Source: an uncultured Candidatus Saccharibacteria bacterium
GTDB lineage: Bacteria > Patescibacteriota > WWE3 > UBA101185 > UBA10185
DNA length: 64,000 bases
Assembly (NCBI GenBank): GCA_964490125.1
Contig: CAZBAJ010000002.1
Span: 23,011-87,010, forward strand
Reading direction: 5' to 3'
The notes under the pieces: model-generated
Seen by the model: only the letters and a program-made list of their open reading frames with translations
Told to the model about the DNA's origin: nothing
Database searches by the model: none
Position numbers and translations under genes: made by a program
In this document: one piece after another, positions 56,387-64,000 of the stretch
Numbering within the stretch: the first letter of the stretch is position 1
Layout: every line of letters starts with the position of its first letter

Positions 56387-57703
56387 ATGAACAAGCCGTT
56401 AACGGGGGCGCAGGTCCGTCAAAAATTTATTGACTATTACAAAGCGTTGGATCATGTAGAAATTCCCGCCAGCCCGTTGGTGCTTAAAGACGACCCTACC
56501 ACGCTTTTTACCGGTAGTGGCATGCAACAAATTGTGCCGTATCTTTTGGGTCAGCCGCATCCTGCTGGCAAGCGCTTGGTGGATGTTCAACGCTGTCTTC
56601 GCGCGGAGGACTTAGAAGAAATTGGCGACGCTTGGCATCACACTTTTTTTGAGATGTTGGGTTGTTGGTCTTTGGGCGACTATTTTAAGGCAGAGCAAAT
56701 TCCCTGGACCTTTGGTTTTTTTGTGGACGAGTTGGGGATCGACCCTCATAAATTGTATGTTTCGGTCTTTGCGGGCGACGGAAAACTTCCACGGGATGAT
56801 GAAGCGATGGAGATTTGGAAAAACATGTTTGCCAAAAAAGGTATTAAGGCGGAAGCCACGGACGACATCAGCAAGGTTGGGCAAGGCGACTACAGAATAT
56901 TTTATTACGGAAAGGAAGCTTGGTGGGAACGCTCGCAAGCGCCAATAGGCGATCCAGCTGGACCGGATAGTGAGATCTTTTATTTTACCGGAGTTGAGCA
57001 TACTAAAAAGTTTGGCGAACACTGTCATATCAACTGTGATTGTGGTAGGTACATAGAAATCGGCAACGATGTATTTATGCAGTACAAAAAAATATCGGAA
57101 ACTGATTACGAGCCACTAGCCCAGAAGAATGTTGACTGTGGTTGGGGATTTGAAAGACTAGTTAGAGTCGTCCAGAACAAGGAAAATAACTACGAAACGG
57201 ATCTTTTCTTTCCGATAATTCAAAAGATTGAGACCATGGCTACAAGCAAGTATGGAACAAAAAACGAGATAGATAGGGTTTATAGAATCGATGCGGATCA
57301 CTTGCGGGCGGCGGTATTTCTAATTGCGGACGGCGTTATTCCTGGCAATAAAATGCAGGGCTATGTTTTGCGCAGGCTACTCCGTCGCGTCATTTTTCAG
57401 TCGCAAAAATTAACTAGTCACAAAAACTTTTTGGCGGATGTGGCAAAAGTAATTATTGAGCAATATGGCGACTACTACAAGCATCTGCTAGGTGCGTCCG
57501 ACAAAATAGTTGCGGAAATTTCTGCCGAGGAGGAAAAATTCAACCGGACTTTGGATAAAGGCTTGCGTGAGATGGAAAAAATGTATGAGAAAAACGGGTT
57601 CAAATTAAGAGAAGCCGACTTAGAGATGCTGTATCAAAGCTACGGTGTACCCGAAGAACTTGCCACGGAAATTGCCAAAGAAAGGTCATGGAGATTGGAT
57701 TAA
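56387..57703 (+). CDS. alaS: Alanyl-tRNA synthetase, aminoacylation domain only
   Basis: DPTTLFT..GM, HHTFFEMLG.WS.GDYFK, DHLRA, GYVLRRLLRR; ends at aa 438. Confidence 0.93.
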   Translation: MNKPLTGAQVRQKFIDYYKALDHVEIPASPLVLKDDPTTLFTGSGMQQIVPYLLGQPHPAGKRLVDVQRCLRAEDLEEIGDAWHHTFFEMLGCWSLGDYFKAEQIPWTFGFFVDELGIDPHKLYVSVFAGDGKLPRDDEAMEIWKNMFAKKGIKAEATDDISKVGQGDYRIFYYGKEAWWERSQAPIGDPAGPDSEIFYFTGVEHTKKFGEHCHINCDCGRYIEIGNDVFMQYKKISETDYEPLAQKNVDCGWGFERLVRVVQNKENNYETDLFFPIIQKIETMATSKYGTKNEIDRVYRIDADHLRAAVFLIADGVIPGNKMQGYVLRRLLRRVIFQSQKLTSHKNFLADVAKVIIEQYGDYYKHLLGASDKIVAEISAEEEKFNRTLDKGLREMEKMYEKNGFKLREADLEMLYQSYGVPEELATEIAKERSWRLD

Positions 57704-57706
57704 TAG

Positions 57707-58183
57707 ATGATCGAGATCGTAGAGAAGTCTGTAATAGATGCGCCCCCAAATAAAGTATTTTGGTTTTTGACTAACATTGACAAGCTTTACAAGTACTGGC
57801 ACCCCAAGGATCATGTGTTTTGTAAAACATTACGAGGGAATATTGCCAAACAAGGCGCTATTCATCATTTTTTTGAGTTTTTAAGATTTATCCCGCTATA
57901 TCTTGTAGTCCAGAACATTCTTGTGGTAGAAAATAAAAGGATAGAGTGTGGGTTGGCTTTTCCTTTGTCGCTACTTGGAATTGGTAAGGGGGGATTTGGT
58001 ATTGAAGAAACAGAGGATAAAGATAAGACTTTATTAACTGCTTTCGTAACAATTGGCTATAAATCCTTCCCGGGTAAGTTACTAGACAGACTTGTTTATT
58101 TACTAGTGCCACGAGAGGTGGCGTTACAACACATGCGGGATGAAAGCCACAACATTAATCGATATTTCTCGGAAAACAAGTAA
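57707..58183 (+). CDS. SRPBCC/START-like protein
   Basis: IDAPPNKVFWFL..YKYWHP, HMRDE. Confidence 0.7.
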   Translation: MIEIVEKSVIDAPPNKVFWFLTNIDKLYKYWHPKDHVFCKTLRGNIAKQGAIHHFFEFLRFIPLYLVVQNILVVENKRIECGLAFPLSLLGIGKGGFGIEETEDKDKTLLTAFVTIGYKSFPGKLLDRLVYLLVPREVALQHMRDESHNINRYFSENK

Positions 58184-58244
58184 TTTTTTGTTGGCGGTAC
58201 TTGCATTTGGGATCCCATCTTTTGCAAGTGGTAATATTGGTTAT

Positions 58245-58973
58245 ATGGAAACACCGCAAAAAACAAAAGTGCTTTTTATCCATCATTCCACTGGTGGGAA
58301 TATCATCAAACAAGGAAAGTTGCGCGACTTATTAAAGGTTAAGAATCCAGATATTGAGTTTTGGGACCACAGTTACAATTTGTTTCCGATTTTGCCAAAT
58401 ATAGTGGCAAAGTTTACTAACTACACAGGTCTTACGGACAATGCTGGCAGGATGACGACGACCGATTACGATATAGTTTTAAGTAACAATTCCCCAAAAG
58501 AATACGCGGAAATTTTTTCCCGTGATTCCTCCGACCCCACCTTGTCAAAGATCCTTGAATACGATGTTGTAATTTTTAAAAACTGTTTTCCCACCAGTAA
58601 TATAAAAGACGACGGTCAGTTGAGCCAAAATAAAGCGTATTACAAGCAAATACGCGATAGTTTGAAAAATTACCCGACCAAGAAATTCGTTTTGTTTACA
58701 TCGCCACCCTTAAGGCGAGAAGTTACAAGTTTCGAAATTGCAAGTCGTGCTAGAGTTTTAGCCGATTGGCTAAAGTCGCCAGAATTCCTTGAGGATTCGT
58801 CCAACCTCTATGTTTTTGATTTGTTTGGTTTATTGATTGAGCAAGAAGGTGATAATAAAAATACCTTGCGTCGTGATTTTACTAGTTTTATTTGGCTAGA
58901 CTCTCATCCCAACAAAAAAGCTAACAAACTTGTCGCCGAAATCTTGTCCGATTATCTTGTCAAGCTGATTTAA
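58245..58973 (+). CDS. SGNH-hydrolase-like protein
   Basis: LFIHHSTG, IFKNCFP, DSHPN; TAATAT-7-ATG start. Confidence 0.6.
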   Translation: METPQKTKVLFIHHSTGGNIIKQGKLRDLLKVKNPDIEFWDHSYNLFPILPNIVAKFTNYTGLTDNAGRMTTTDYDIVLSNNSPKEYAEIFSRDSSDPTLSKILEYDVVIFKNCFPTSNIKDDGQLSQNKAYYKQIRDSLKNYPTKKFVLFTSPPLRREVTSFEIASRARVLADWLKSPEFLEDSSNLYVFDLFGLLIEQEGDNKNTLRRDFTSFIWLDSHPNKKANKLVAEILSDYLVKLI

Positions 58974-58997
58974 CTTTTCTTTAGTATAATAGTCCCA

Positions 58998-60056
58998 ATG
59001 CCTCTGCTTACTAAACTTTTTAGTCAATTTAACAAGCCCGCCAGCAATAACTTTTTTGGCGCGGTGGTTGATTCCGGCAAGTTAAACCTAATTTTATTTA
59101 AAGACGGCTACCCGTTGTGTTACTCGCAGGAGCATTTAACCCACGGTGTAGTTATAGACGGGCGACTCATAGACAAAGATCAATTTACCCAAACGCTTAA
59201 TGTGTGCGTAGAAAGGTGTCTGTCGCAACAGCCCGACGAGCAGGCAAACCGGATTTTTTTTGGTGTGGGGGGTGGGAATGTTGTGTCCGCGTTAACTTCT
59301 GCCCGGCAAAAAAGGAGTTTGACGGAAAAAATCACCAAAAACGCGCTGACCCAAGTCTACCAAGAGTTGGAAGCAAACAGTTTAACTACCGCGCTGGAGG
59401 AAGTCTACCAAACCACCGGTAACGATAGCCTGGAGCTGGAAAGCGTGCTAAATGAAACTACCTATATTAAGCTGGACGGGGCGGTGGTGTATAACCCAAT
59501 TGGGGAAAGCGGAGAGCTTTTGGAGACAGAAGTTTTTAACGCCTACTGCGCCCCAACCTTTATTGATGCGTTAGAGGATGTAGCGAAAGGGGTTAAATTG
59601 GAATTAGGCGGGGTGTTTCCGTTGCAGTATTTATTGTCCAAAAAGCTAACCGCCAAGTTAGGCGCAAATTACGACGCCACGCTTCTTACCGTCCACACCG
59701 ATTTTACTGATATTTCCGTGGTTTTTGGTGGTCGACTGGTAAAAACTTACGCGCTCCCCTTGGGTAGTAAAGACTTGGAGCGGGATTTGGATTTTTGGAT
59801 GGAGGGTTTGGAACTTACGCTCCTTAATTTTAGTGGCGTTAAAACTTTTGGTCATCTGGTGTATGTTTGCGGGAGTGGTCTTGAGCGCACGGACTTTTGG
59901 GAGATGCTGGAATGGCGCGAGTGGGAAGAAAAGGTGCCGTTTAAAACCAGGCCAGTGTTTACTAAGTTGGACGCGTCTTATGTAGACCTTCCGCAGGATT
60001 ACAAGGGCGACTTATTAATTTGTGGACTGTTAAGTGTATGCAAAGAATTAGCTTAG
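58998..60056 (+). CDS. FtsA/PilM-like actin-fold protein (divergent)
   Basis: GVVIDG, KLDG..YNPIG..G, TDISVVFGG, LPLG, VCGSG. Confidence 0.65.
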   Translation: MPLLTKLFSQFNKPASNNFFGAVVDSGKLNLILFKDGYPLCYSQEHLTHGVVIDGRLIDKDQFTQTLNVCVERCLSQQPDEQANRIFFGVGGGNVVSALTSARQKRSLTEKITKNALTQVYQELEANSLTTALEEVYQTTGNDSLELESVLNETTYIKLDGAVVYNPIGESGELLETEVFNAYCAPTFIDALEDVAKGVKLELGGVFPLQYLLSKKLTAKLGANYDATLLTVHTDFTDISVVFGGRLVKTYALPLGSKDLERDLDFWMEGLELTLLNFSGVKTFGHLVYVCGSGLERTDFWEMLEWREWEEKVPFKTRPVFTKLDASYVDLPQDYKGDLLICGLLSVCKELA

Positions 60057-61633
60057 AAATTTATACAACCGCATACGAAGCAATAAAGATTTTAGAAAGT
60101 GTAGCTGACCATAAAGTGGAGCTGGAACTTCCCGCGGGTTCGGTTTTGCTGGACAATATCTTGAATCTAAAACTTATTGCGGAGGGCGCTAAAAAAACGG
60201 GTAAAAGTGTGGACTTTGTAACTGCTGATCCATTTGGTCAAAATTTAATTAAAATTCTACGGGGCGAGACGGATCAGGTGGTGGTTAGGGAGAACGAGGC
60301 GGTTGGGGTTGGTGGTGGCGCTAGCTTTGGCGCTGGTGGAGCCGTTGGTGGGGCTGTCGGCAGTGGCACCATTGCGGTAGCGTCCAATTCGTTAAAAAAT
60401 AAAGGCGTGGGACTTAAATTGCCGTCAATAAGTTTGCCCAAATTTAAAGTCGCTCTAAATTTAAGGAAACTTGGCTTGCTACTTCCCATTATTTTATTGT
60501 TGGGTGTGGGGTTGGGGTTTTTGTATCTAAGTCGTATGCATAAAGCAAAAATTGTATTGCATTTTTCTGCCCAGCCATTAACAAAAAGTGTAACAGTTAA
60601 GGTGGGCGACGGGCTAAAAACGGATTTGGATAAAAAAGTTTTGGGGGGATTAAAGATTTCACGGTCGCTGGAGCATTCTTTAGAACTAGCTTCTACTGGT
60701 ACAAAGTTAGAAGGGGAAAAAGCTAAAGGCAAGGTTACGCTTTATAATTCCACGGAAGAGGACATTGCGCTAAAAAAAGGCAGTCAAATAACTTATAAAA
60801 AGGACGACACTTCCTATAACTTTTTTACCGACGCGGAGGTTAAAATCCCGGCCCGAACGGATTCTCCGCCCCCAGATACCACTATTACCAAAGGTACAGT
60901 GGAGGTTAGTGTGACGGGGGAAAATATTGGCGATGCGTACAACCTTAAAAAAGAGCGGGATTTTAGCGTAAAAGGCTATAAATCAAGCGAGCTAGTAGGT
61001 TCTAACTCCGCGGATTTTAAGGGCGGTTCCAGTAAAGAAGTCAAAATTGTCACCCAAGCGGATTTAACAAAACTGGAGCAGGATCTTACAGCCTACATTT
61101 TAACTAATCCTAGTGAGGGGTTAACTACGGCGGTGCCTAATGGCTTTAATTTTGTGACCAAATCAGAAAAAATCACCAGCAAAAATGTCGTCCAAAATAA
61201 TAAGGTGGGCGAAGAAAAAGACAAGCTTTCTGGCAGTATTACCGCGCAGGTAGAAGGTCTTGCGTATTCCAAAACCGAGCTGGCGGATTTTATGGGCAAA
61301 ATTAGCCAAAATTTGGTGCCACCTGGGTTTGAGTTTTATTCCTACAATAAAGATATTACCGTGGAAGTTTTGGGTAATACGGAAACTACGGTTTTGTCGC
61401 CTACGGAAGCGGATTTGCAGGTGACTTTTAGGTTTTTTATCTCGCCAAAAATTGATAAAGAAAAAGTTTTTGACAGTATTGCAGGGCTACCTCCTACCGA
61501 GGCTAGCGATGTTCTAAAATCCATAAACGGCGTGGAGAATGTCGAGCTTACTGTCACGCCGGGGTTTCCGCTATTTAGAAATGTGCCGACAAAAAGTTCT
61601 GCGGTAGAAATAGAAACTAAAATTGGAGATTGA
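60038..61633 (+). CDS. Membrane-anchored protein with baseplate-J-like extracellular domain
   Basis: Cytoplasmic N-domain, TM, GEKAKGKVTLYN, IGDAYN, FKGGSSKEVKIVTQADL. Confidence 0.7.
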   Translation: MQRISLEIYTTAYEAIKILESVADHKVELELPAGSVLLDNILNLKLIAEGAKKTGKSVDFVTADPFGQNLIKILRGETDQVVVRENEAVGVGGGASFGAGGAVGGAVGSGTIAVASNSLKNKGVGLKLPSISLPKFKVALNLRKLGLLLPIILLLGVGLGFLYLSRMHKAKIVLHFSAQPLTKSVTVKVGDGLKTDLDKKVLGGLKISRSLEHSLELASTGTKLEGEKAKGKVTLYNSTEEDIALKKGSQITYKKDDTSYNFFTDAEVKIPARTDSPPPDTTITKGTVEVSVTGENIGDAYNLKKERDFSVKGYKSSELVGSNSADFKGGSSKEVKIVTQADLTKLEQDLTAYILTNPSEGLTTAVPNGFNFVTKSEKITSKNVVQNNKVGEEKDKLSGSITAQVEGLAYSKTELADFMGKISQNLVPPGFEFYSYNKDITVEVLGNTETTVLSPTEADLQVTFRFFISPKIDKEKVFDSIAGLPPTEASDVLKSINGVENVELTVTPGFPLFRNVPTKSSAVEIETKIGD

Positions 61634-61649
61634 TGGATTGAGATAAATT

Positions 61650-62090
61650 ATGACCAATTCTACTGAAAGCAAGTACAAAGATAAGTTTATTGCGGGTGTG
61701 GACTTTGGCGACGCGGTAACGGGCTTGGCGCTTGGAAAAAATGGCGTAGTTACGCCGGTTAAATCAGTTGAGTCTAAGGATAGCATGACGGTTGTTAAAG
61801 AAGTTATTCGACTGGTTAAAGAAAACAAAGTTTCTGGTGTGGTTTTGGGTTTGCCGTTAAGTTACGATCACAAAGAGACGCCCCAGTCTGCAGAAGTGCG
61901 GAGGTTTGCCAAAATGTTAAAAACTAGGTTGGGAATTCCGGTAATGTTTGTTGACGAATTTGGAACTACGCGCGAGGCTACGGCGGAGGCTATCGGCGAG
62001 GAACTTCCGCAAAAAGCCCGTAGGCGGGTGGACAGCATAAGCGCGGCAATAATTTTAAAACGCTTTTTCTCCGATGAGGGTTTAGCATGA
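61650..62090 (+). CDS. ruvX: YqgF/RuvX family nuclease
   Basis: GVDFG...GLA, VLGLP, VDEFGTT, DSISAAIIL. Confidence 0.92.
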   Translation: MTNSTESKYKDKFIAGVDFGDAVTGLALGKNGVVTPVKSVESKDSMTVVKEVIRLVKENKVSGVVLGLPLSYDHKETPQSAEVRRFAKMLKTRLGIPVMFVDEFGTTREATAEAIGEELPQKARRRVDSISAAIILKRFFSDEGLA

Positions 62091-62521
62091 CCAAACTTAT
62101 CTACATTGCGTGGATTCAGTCCATTGTGGCGGTAATTGGTAGCTTGGTGTTTGACAAAGTAGTCGGCATACCGCCTTGCGAGCTTTGTTGGTATCAAAGA
62201 ATGTGCATGTTTCCCTTGGCGGTTATTCTTACAGTTGGAATCTTGCGCAAAAGTAAGGATATTTATTATTATGTTTTGCCGTTAAGTATCATAGGGCTTC
62301 TGGTTGCTGTGTATCACAACTTGCTCTATTACGGGATCCTGTCGCAGGAACTATTTGCCTGTTCCGTGGATGTTTCTTGCGTCGACAGGTCTTTTGAAGT
62401 GTTTGGGTTTTTATCTATCCCACTTCTTTCTTTACTGGCGTTTGTTGTTATTAACTTAGCCGTGGTTGTAGAATTTAGTTGTGGAAGGAAGTTGACGACC
62501 GTTGTTTTGGGTGAAGCATAA
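62087..62521 (+). CDS. Disulfide bond formation protein (DsbB/BdbC)
   Basis: PCELCWYQRMCMFPL, second Cys pair, SIPLLSL. Confidence 0.92.
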   Translation: MTKLIYIAWIQSIVAVIGSLVFDKVVGIPPCELCWYQRMCMFPLAVILTVGILRKSKDIYYYVLPLSIIGLLVAVYHNLLYYGILSQELFACSVDVSCVDRSFEVFGFLSIPLLSLLAFVVINLAVVVEFSCGRKLTTVVLGEA

Positions 62522-62824
62522 GCAACAATGCTTTACTAAAAGGAATAATCTGCTCCCGACCAAGGCTATATGTCCAAACGGCATTTTTGAATGTTTACAT
62601 ACTTTTGGGGGTATGAGGTGGTTTTTTGGTTGTAGTTACGCCATAAAATTACCAAAACCAGTCAACACAAATTCCCGGTTGCTATTACAATATAAAACAT
62701 CTGCCTGTCATACTTTTAATTGTAAACATTAAAAATCGGCAGTTTACCGTGTAGAGGTTAAAGTTTAAAGTTAGAAGTTCAAGTTTAAAGTGCTCCACCA
62801 CCCACCCGTTTCCCTGGGTTATGC

Positions 62825-62905
62825 TACAATACACCAAGATGTTGAGCCTAATCCATTAACTTAATACTTTGTGACCGTAAAACCGGTCCACTTTTTGTTT
62901 CTTTT
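62825..62905 (+). promoter_or_regulatory. Candidate attenuator: -10 box, uORF, terminator
   Basis: TG-n-TACAAT 62825, uORF MLSLIH 62839-62859, hairpin 62871-62891, U-tract 62892-62905. Confidence 0.6.
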
Positions 62906-62935
62906 ACATTACAACTAAATAGTTAGAAAGGTTAT

Positions 62936-64000
62936 ATGAAACTAGGCAATCGTTTAGAAACGATACACAACATCTTAACAGAAATGAACGCCCCGCCTTA
63001 TAGGGAAAAACAAATGTGGGAAGGAATTTTCCGTAGCAATTTTAGTACTTATAGTAGTATGACTTTTTTGCCCGTCAACCTAAGAAATAGGCTGATTGAC
63101 TCTTTGGGCGACGATGTTATTGGGCTTACGAAAATTGTCGAGACCAGTGACAATCAAACCTTAAAAATTCTTTTTAAGACGAGCGACGGTGAAAGAATAG
63201 AAGCAGTATTGATGGACTTTAAATCTAACAAAGAACGCCACGATGACCACGAATCACTTTGTATCTCATCCCAAGCCGGTTGCGCCATGGGTTGCAAATT
63301 TTGCGCGACAGGGGCTATTGGTCTTAGAAAAAACCTTACGGCGGATGAAATTGTCGACCAAGTTTTGTATTTTTTGCGACAGGGTAACAAAATCGACAGT
63401 GTTTCTTTTATGGGTATGGGCGAACCACTTGCCAACCCCAATATTTTTGATGCTTTGCGGATTATGACGGATAAAGATAAGTTAGGCTTAAGTCAGCGGA
63501 GAATAAGCATATCCACGGTTGGGATTATTCTCGGGATCAAGCGTTTGCAAAAGGAATTTCCGTCAGTAAATTTGGGATTTTCTTTGCACTCGCCGTTTCC
63601 GGAGCAACGACTTGAGCTTATGCCCATAACCAAGGTTTATCCAATTGCGGATGTTATGCTGGCCCTTAAAAATTATGTGGAGGAGACCAACAAGCGCGTT
63701 TTACTTGCCTATGTTTTGTTGAAAAATATCAACGACTCGTTGGAGCATGCAAAAGCCTTAGCCCGACTTATTAAAAACCAAGGCGCAAAAAGCTATTTGT
63801 TTGAGGTTAAACTAATCCGGTTTAATCCGGGTCCGACTAAGGAGAATTTTGTGGGTTCTACAACCGAGAAAATTCGCGCTTTTCAAAAAGTGCTTGACGA
63901 CTTTGGAGTAAAAAACACCTTGCGCCAGAGTTTTGGTGTCGGCATCCAAGCTGCCTGTGGTCAACTTTATGCGGATTATCTGAAAGACACTCGTTCTTCT
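62936..64000 (+). CDS. Cfr/RlmN-family radical SAM 23S rRNA methyltransferase, Cfr-like; stop outside window
   Basis: Manual translation: CISSQAGCAMGCKFCATG, DEIVDQVLYF, SFMGMGEPLAN, FSLHSP, AACGQLY. Confidence 0.93.
   Translation, partial: MKLGNRLETIHNILTEMNAPPYREKQMWEGIFRSNFSTYSSMTFLPVNLRNRLIDSLGDDVIGLTKIVETSDNQTLKILFKTSDGERIEAVLMDFKSNKERHDDHESLCISSQAGCAMGCKFCATGAIGLRKNLTADEIVDQVLYFLRQGNKIDSVSFMGMGEPLANPNIFDALRIMTDKDKLGLSQRRISISTVGIILGIKRLQKEFPSVNLGFSLHSPFPEQRLELMPITKVYPIADVMLALKNYVEETNKRVLLAYVLLKNINDSLEHAKALARLIKNQGAKSYLFEVKLIRFNPGPTKENFVGSTTEKIRAFQKVLDDFGVKNTLRQSFGVGIQAACGQLYADYLKDTRSS

Noticed and set aside
60038-61633. Prophage suggested by the baseplate-J-like domain
   Set aside because: The protein is membrane-anchored, and no terminase, capsid, tail or integrase genes are nearby.
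62522-62800. Possible gene remnant and short AAGTT repeats
   Set aside because: Only short interrupted frames with no recognisable family; low-complexity sequence.

Overview
Chromosomal origin-proximal window of a small-genome bacterium. Gene content points to CPR/Patescibacteria, possibly WWE3-like (inference from a stand-alone 5'-3' exonuclease, split transketolase, truncated AlaRS, T4SS-pilin cluster and several AAA_14/DUF4143 ATPases). It holds dnaA with DnaA boxes, rpmH-rnpA-yidD-yidC-jag-dnaN, a Patescibacteria-type T4SS/pilin cluster, several toxin-antitoxin loci (two with decayed toxins), smpB-tmRNA, tRNA(CAU), ftsH, a pentose-phosphate/aldolase cluster and a Cfr-like radical-SAM methyltransferase running off the right edge. 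Most interesting: (1) rpiB carries an in-frame ~185-aa insert with a RelE/PBECR-like nuclease-type domain, and the end of the insert encodes on the opposite strand a near-consensus sigma70 promoter plus a ~85-nt three-way-junction RNA; a second RNA of similar topology lies 5.4 kb away without a nuclease. (2) All three DUF4143 ATPases have twin palindromic operators 32-33 bp apart over their promoters, and one has a 5' leader of 39-nt hairpin repeats. (3) A uORF/terminator attenuator precedes the Cfr-like gene. (4) A Fic gene is bracketed by 10-bp-period repeat arrays. (5) Leaderless promoter architecture is pervasive. (6) Two tandem pilin genes share a gene-conversion-like tract. All calls come from reading the sequence; no searches or folding programs were run.
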